Position numbers and translations under genes: made by a program. This document shows, in pieces, positions 14,262 through 17,818 of a stretch of DNA of 17,818 bases (within the stretch, counting starts at the first letter, position 1; the number at the start of each line of letters is the position of its first letter). The stretch covers positions 1-17,818 of the forward strand of contig DAOOON010000011.1 in the NCBI GenBank assembly GCA_035387745.1. Reading direction: 5' to 3'. The DNA comes from an archaeon. Its GTDB lineage: Archaea > Iainarchaeota > Iainarchaeia > Iainarchaeales > CSSED10-239. Under the pieces are notes generated by a model, which made no database searches, was not told the DNA's origin, and saw only the letters and a list, made by a program, of their open reading frames with translations.

Positions 14262-14762
14262 TTAACAGAATGACAAAGCCGTTGCCTTTTCTTTTAGGCT
14301 TTCTATGTCGTATTTGTTTTCTAAAATATCAATATATGTGTCCCAATATATTTTGTCTAGTTTCTTAGAATAAGTATTATTAAAGCCAAGAAGTACTTTG
14401 TCTCTATCTTGCATTTGTGTTTCAATTCTTGCTATCGTTGTTCTTGTTATGCAGCCGCTTTCTGTTGCAGCATATCTAATTGCCCGGTCCAGGTTTTTAG
14501 CTTCTTGGTAAAGATACACATAGTCAATGATTGCTTGTGCCTTGTCTGTTCCTAGTGCTTTAAGTTCAGCAATATAATTTCCGGTTTCGTCAGGAATAAG
14601 GTTGCTTCTTGTAACCATATATTTATCATAGATTTTTGCTATCTTATTTACTTGATAGTTTGCTATTGTTGTTATCAAAAGATAAACTGCAACTACAAAT
14701 ATAATTAGAATAACAATATGCCCAATAACACTTATTGGCTTGCGTGTGTGTGCTAATGACAT
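14262..14762 (-). CDS. Hypothetical N-terminally membrane-anchored protein with a helical ectodomain
   Basis: 166 aa. It has one TM (VIGHIVILIIFVVAVYLLITTIANY), then a roughly 125-aa polar domain predicted to be helical. I recognise no motif. It is wedged between valS (2-nt gap) and bud32 (10-nt gap), and an SD-like AGTGA lies 8 nt upstream of the ATG. Confidence 0.5.
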   Translation of the reverse strand: MSLAHTRKPISVIGHIVILIIFVVAVYLLITTIANYQVNKIAKIYDKYMVTRSNLIPDETGNYIAELKALGTDKAQAIIDYVYLYQEAKNLDRAIRYAATESGCITRTTIARIETQMQDRDKVLLGFNNTYSKKLDKIYWDTYIDILENKYDIESLKEKATALSFC

Positions 14763-14764
14763 TT

Positions 14765-17134
14765 TTATTTCACTTCTATGCTATCATTATTTAGATACTG
14801 AATATTTAAAACATTATGTGTTTTCTGTATGTCTTTTTCCATACACTTATATTTGTTATTTATCTTCAAATATTTGATTTCGTCCTTTAATGAAAGGTTA
14901 TTGTCTTTTTTAAATTTCCAGATGGTGTTATTTAGGTTTTCTATATCTTCTAAGTTTAATGTGCTTTCAAATTTTTCAATTTCTGGATAACTTTCCTTGT
15001 TTGGATCGTTTTCAAACATTTCTATTAGTATCTTATGCGTAGTAAATGGTATTACTGGATATAATAATACTAATAGTCTTTCCAAACAATAATTAAGTGT
15101 ATCAATTGCAGCGTTTTGTTCTGCTTTACTGAACTTTCCGTCTTGGTTGTAGGCTCTGCTTTTTATTAGTTCTAAGTAGTGTGAGGAAAGTGTTGTCCAT
15201 AAGAAGTATTTAAGTTTAACGATTGGCTCGTGAAAGTCATAGCCTGCATATTTGTTATCGCAAAGCTCTATTAGATTATTTATTTCTTTTAACATTGTTT
15301 TATCAAGTTCAGAAAACTCAGAATTTATTCCATCGATTCTTTTAAATTGAGAAATAAACTTACTAGCATTCCATAGCTTGTTTATTGTTTTTTGCTCTGT
15401 TGAGATTCTATCCTTTGAGCATTTCAAGTCTTTCTCATTTAGGTTTCCTTCGTCAGCCACCCAAAGTCTAAAAGCTTCTGCACCATAGTCTCTTAATATC
15501 TCTTGTGGATCAATAGCATTACCTAAAGACTTTGCCATCTTGTTTCCTTTATCGTCTAAGATGTGCTGATGAATATAAACGTCGTCGAAAATAATTTTAT
15601 CAGTAAAAAGATAGCACTTCAAAAGAGTATAATATAGCCATGTTCTAACAATTTCTTTTCCTTGCGGCCTTAAAGTACAGACAGGGTGTTTCTTATAAAA
15701 CTCTGATCCATAATCCAGAACAAACAACGGAGATATGCTGGAGTCAAACCAAGTATCAAAAACTCTAGTTTCTCCTTCAATCTCAAAGGAACCACATTTT
15801 GGGCAGCTTTCAACTGGCGCCTTTTCTTTCCAGGGCTCATGGTATTTTCCTTTTTCTCCTAAGATAGCTTCTCCGCATTTCTTACAATACCATATCGGAA
15901 TTTCAGTAGCATAATATCTTCTTCTAGATATTGGCCAATCAATTGAAACTACTTCTAGCCAATCAAGTAATATCTTCTTTGTTGCAGGATTAGTAAAATT
16001 TACTTTCTCTGCAATTTCTTTCATCTTTTCTATATAGTCCATTTGTTTAAGATAATATTCTTTTAATGAAATAAACTCAATCTCGTGTTTTGATCTCTCG
16101 CAGATTGGAACCTTGTGCTGTATAATCTTTTCTTCTATTACTAGTTCTTTTTCTTTAAGCAGTTCTACCATTTTTAGTCTTGCTTCTTTGACGCTTAGGC
16201 CTTCTAAAAATTCTGCATTTTTATTCATTTTCCCAGAGATATCAATAGATATGATGGGCTTAATTCCTTGTTCCATAAAAAACCTAATATCTGAGTAGTC
16301 TCCAGCTGAGCACATCATGACTAGACCAGTTCCTTTGTCTGTTTTTGCCATTGGGTGTGCTTTAATTGGTACCTCTCTATTGAACAATGGAGAAATTGCA
16401 GTCTTTCCATTAAGCTTAAGCCATCTCTCGTCTTCTGGATTAAATATAACCATGCCAAGAGAGCAAACAAGTTCTGGTCTAGTGGTTGCTATTGGTATTT
16501 TTTCGCCTGTTTCTTTAACAGTAAAAAGGATGGTGTAAAACTTAGAGTCTACAACTTTATAGTCAATTTCTGAGTCTGCAAGTGTTGTCTTACAGCCAGG
16601 GCAATAGTTTGTTACTTTCTCATCAAGATAAATAAGTCCTTTCTTATAAAGCTCAATAAATGTTTCTTGTGTTAAAGTTCTGTATTTTTCTGAGTCTGTC
16701 TTATAGACTGAGCCAATCTTTCCGGTTTCTTCATAAGTATTAAAAGAAATTCCAAGCATAGAAAAGCTTTTGCTTGTTTCAGTTGTTGTTTCTTCTAGTA
16801 TTTTTTTGCAATATTCAATGTAAGCTTCTCTTTCTGTTGTTAATATCGAGATTTTAAATTTCTTTTCTGCAGCCATTTCAATTGGTAGTCCATTTCTGTC
16901 AAGTCCTAAAGGGAACAAGACATTAAAGCCTTTTAGTCTCTTGTATCTAGATATAAAATCCATTATTGAATAAGTAGATGCATGCCCGATATGCACGGGG
17001 CTATTGATGTATGGTGGTGGCGTGTCTATACTATATACTGGTTTATCATTATCTCTAAACTCAAAAACACGATTGTCCATTTCTTTTTTAATAATTTCTT
17101 TTTCTAGCTCTTTGTTCCATTTGTCTAGTGCCAT
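14765..17134 (-). CDS. valS: Valyl-tRNA synthetase (archaeal type, compact)
   Basis: 789 aa. The class Ia signatures are VYSIDTPPPYINSPVHIGH (HIGH) and KMAKSLGN (KMSKS). ValRS-type blocks are LFPLGLDRNGLPIE, the CP1/editing blocks TTRPELV and GTGLVMMCSAGDYSD, FDTWFDSS and LRPQGKEIVRTWLYYT. Cys pairs CPGC, YCKKC and CPKC are present. It is shorter than the archaeal ValRS proteins I recall. Confidence 0.82.
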   Translation of the reverse strand: MALDKWNKELEKEIIKKEMDNRVFEFRDNDKPVYSIDTPPPYINSPVHIGHASTYSIMDFISRYKRLKGFNVLFPLGLDRNGLPIEMAAEKKFKISILTTEREAYIEYCKKILEETTTETSKSFSMLGISFNTYEETGKIGSVYKTDSEKYRTLTQETFIELYKKGLIYLDEKVTNYCPGCKTTLADSEIDYKVVDSKFYTILFTVKETGEKIPIATTRPELVCSLGMVIFNPEDERWLKLNGKTAISPLFNREVPIKAHPMAKTDKGTGLVMMCSAGDYSDIRFFMEQGIKPIISIDISGKMNKNAEFLEGLSVKEARLKMVELLKEKELVIEEKIIQHKVPICERSKHEIEFISLKEYYLKQMDYIEKMKEIAEKVNFTNPATKKILLDWLEVVSIDWPISRRRYYATEIPIWYCKKCGEAILGEKGKYHEPWKEKAPVESCPKCGSFEIEGETRVFDTWFDSSISPLFVLDYGSEFYKKHPVCTLRPQGKEIVRTWLYYTLLKCYLFTDKIIFDDVYIHQHILDDKGNKMAKSLGNAIDPQEILRDYGAEAFRLWVADEGNLNEKDLKCSKDRISTEQKTINKLWNASKFISQFKRIDGINSEFSELDKTMLKEINNLIELCDNKYAGYDFHEPIVKLKYFLWTTLSSHYLELIKSRAYNQDGKFSKAEQNAAIDTLNYCLERLLVLLYPVIPFTTHKILIEMFENDPNKESYPEIEKFESTLNLEDIENLNNTIWKFKKDNNLSLKDEIKYLKINNKYKCMEKDIQKTHNVLNIQYLNNDSIEVK

Positions 17135-17206
17135 AAGTTGTTTCTCTTTAAAATATAATATATAATATAGGCAACTTAATACTTAAAAATAGTTGTTTTT
17201 TCGTGC
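17135..17206 (-). promoter_or_regulatory. Promoter region of the valS operon
   Basis: The minus strand reads ...ctatattatatattatattttaaagagaaacaacttATG. The AT-rich TATA-like block ends about 15 nt, and is centred about 24 nt, upstream of ATG 17134. No SD is visible, which suggests a leaderless or very short-leader transcript. Confidence 0.45.
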
Positions 17207-17818
17207 TTATTTATTAACCATCTTAATATATTTTATAACAGTCTGATAGGCTAGTATTTCTAGGTTTGTTGCATTTAGTTTTTCTGTTATATGATCAATC
17301 TTTGTGATTGCATTTTCTTTCTTAAACTGTTGTCTTTTCTTGTTATGGTCTCCGATAACATTGTTTTTATAGATTAATGATTTATTAACAGTATCTGATA
17401 ATTTTTTTCTATAATCATAGTCTACTAAAAAAGTATCAGCAAGTGTTCCATATTCAGGATCCATAATTACTTCGTCTGTTAGTTTACAGTTTATAACGTC
17501 TTCTCTATATTCCGGATTTAGCGCCTGTTTAATCTTGTGTTTCCAAAATTTGCCTTTAAAGTATTTTTTAAGTCTTATGTCTCTATAATAATTATGTGCC
17601 TTGTCTTTTTCTTTTTCCCAGAATTTTTTAAGCCCTTTAAGTTTGTCTTTTGTTTCTTGTAGTTCTGAAACTTTCTTTTCTAGTTCTCTAATATTTGGGT
17701 GTATTATTTTTTTGTTTTCAAGAATAATAAATTTCTTTTTAAAATAAGCATCCATATATGCCTTATCTTCTGTTTTTTCTAACTTCAATTCTTGAATGAA
17801 GGTTTCGTAGTTGTTTAT
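17207..17818 (-). CDS. Hypothetical Lys-rich protein; the frame stays open to the window end, so the 5' end is possibly truncated
   Basis: The track ORF begins at TTG 17788, but the same frame stays open to base 17818 (INNYETFIQE-LKLEKTEDKAYMDAYF...). The first in-frame ATG gives MDAYFKKKF.... The sequence is highly charged with coiled-coil-like segments (ELEKKVSELQETKDKLKGLKKFWEKEKDKA). I recognise no family. Confidence 0.45.
   Translation of the reverse strand: MNNYETFIQELKLEKTEDKAYMDAYFKKKFIILENKKIIHPNIRELEKKVSELQETKDKLKGLKKFWEKEKDKAHNYYRDIRLKKYFKGKFWKHKIKQALNPEYREDVINCKLTDEVIMDPEYGTLADTFLVDYDYRKKLSDTVNKSLIYKNNVIGDHNKKRQQFKKENAITKIDHITEKLNATNLEILAYQTVIKYIKMVNK

Noticed and set aside
11704-16573. 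Other short opposite-strand ORFs (11704-11886, 12904-13158, 13905-14171, 14120-14368, 16113-16298, 16317-16538, 16355-16573)
   Set aside because: Each is fully embedded antisense in a well-supported gene (the Cys-rich gene, rps3ae/rps15, bud32/orf166, valS). None has a start context or a motif.
1-17818. CRISPR arrays, toxin-antitoxin pairs, restriction-modification or other defence systems, prophage or IS elements, rRNA and tRNA genes
   Set aside because: I saw no spaced direct repeats and no nuclease, methylase, integrase or transposase motifs in any of the 17 genes. No non-coding stretch exceeds 140 nt. The window appears to be core chromosome.

Overview
This is a strongly AT-rich, very gene-dense archaeal chromosome segment. 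I call 17 protein-coding genes. By my coordinate arithmetic only about 0.6 kb is non-coding. I found no tRNA, rRNA, CRISPR array, IS element, integrase or recognisable defence gene. The left 3.5 kb looks empty in the ORF track, but it is one uninterrupted minus-strand ORF for the family-D DNA polymerase large subunit (DP2). It runs off the window edge and sits in a tightly coupled UPF0147-DP1-DP2 operon. The rest is mostly housekeeping: a NOG1-like GTPase, secF-secD, ribosomal proteins eS1 and uS15, Bud32 kinase and ValRS. A cell-envelope neighbourhood at about 5.4-12.5 kb holds the less ordinary genes. These are a pilin-type (class III signal peptide) protein carrying a GLUG beta-helix adhesin domain, a very small exosortase/archaeosortase-family protein with no visible substrate, an 8-Cys anchored mini-protein, a small polytopic protein coupled to secFD, and a DUF92/VTE6-like membrane protein. 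PolD, eS1, the archaeal secF-then-secD order, Bud32 and the compact proteins together suggest a reduced-genome archaeon, possibly DPANN-like. That lineage call is inference only. Several ORF-track starts (GTG/TTG) look like artefacts, because a GGTG(A)-type Shine-Dalgarno sits just upstream of a nearby in-frame ATG. I see no clearly novel multi-gene system. The best candidates for follow-up are the mini-archaeosortase with its neighbours and the pilin-GLUG adhesin.
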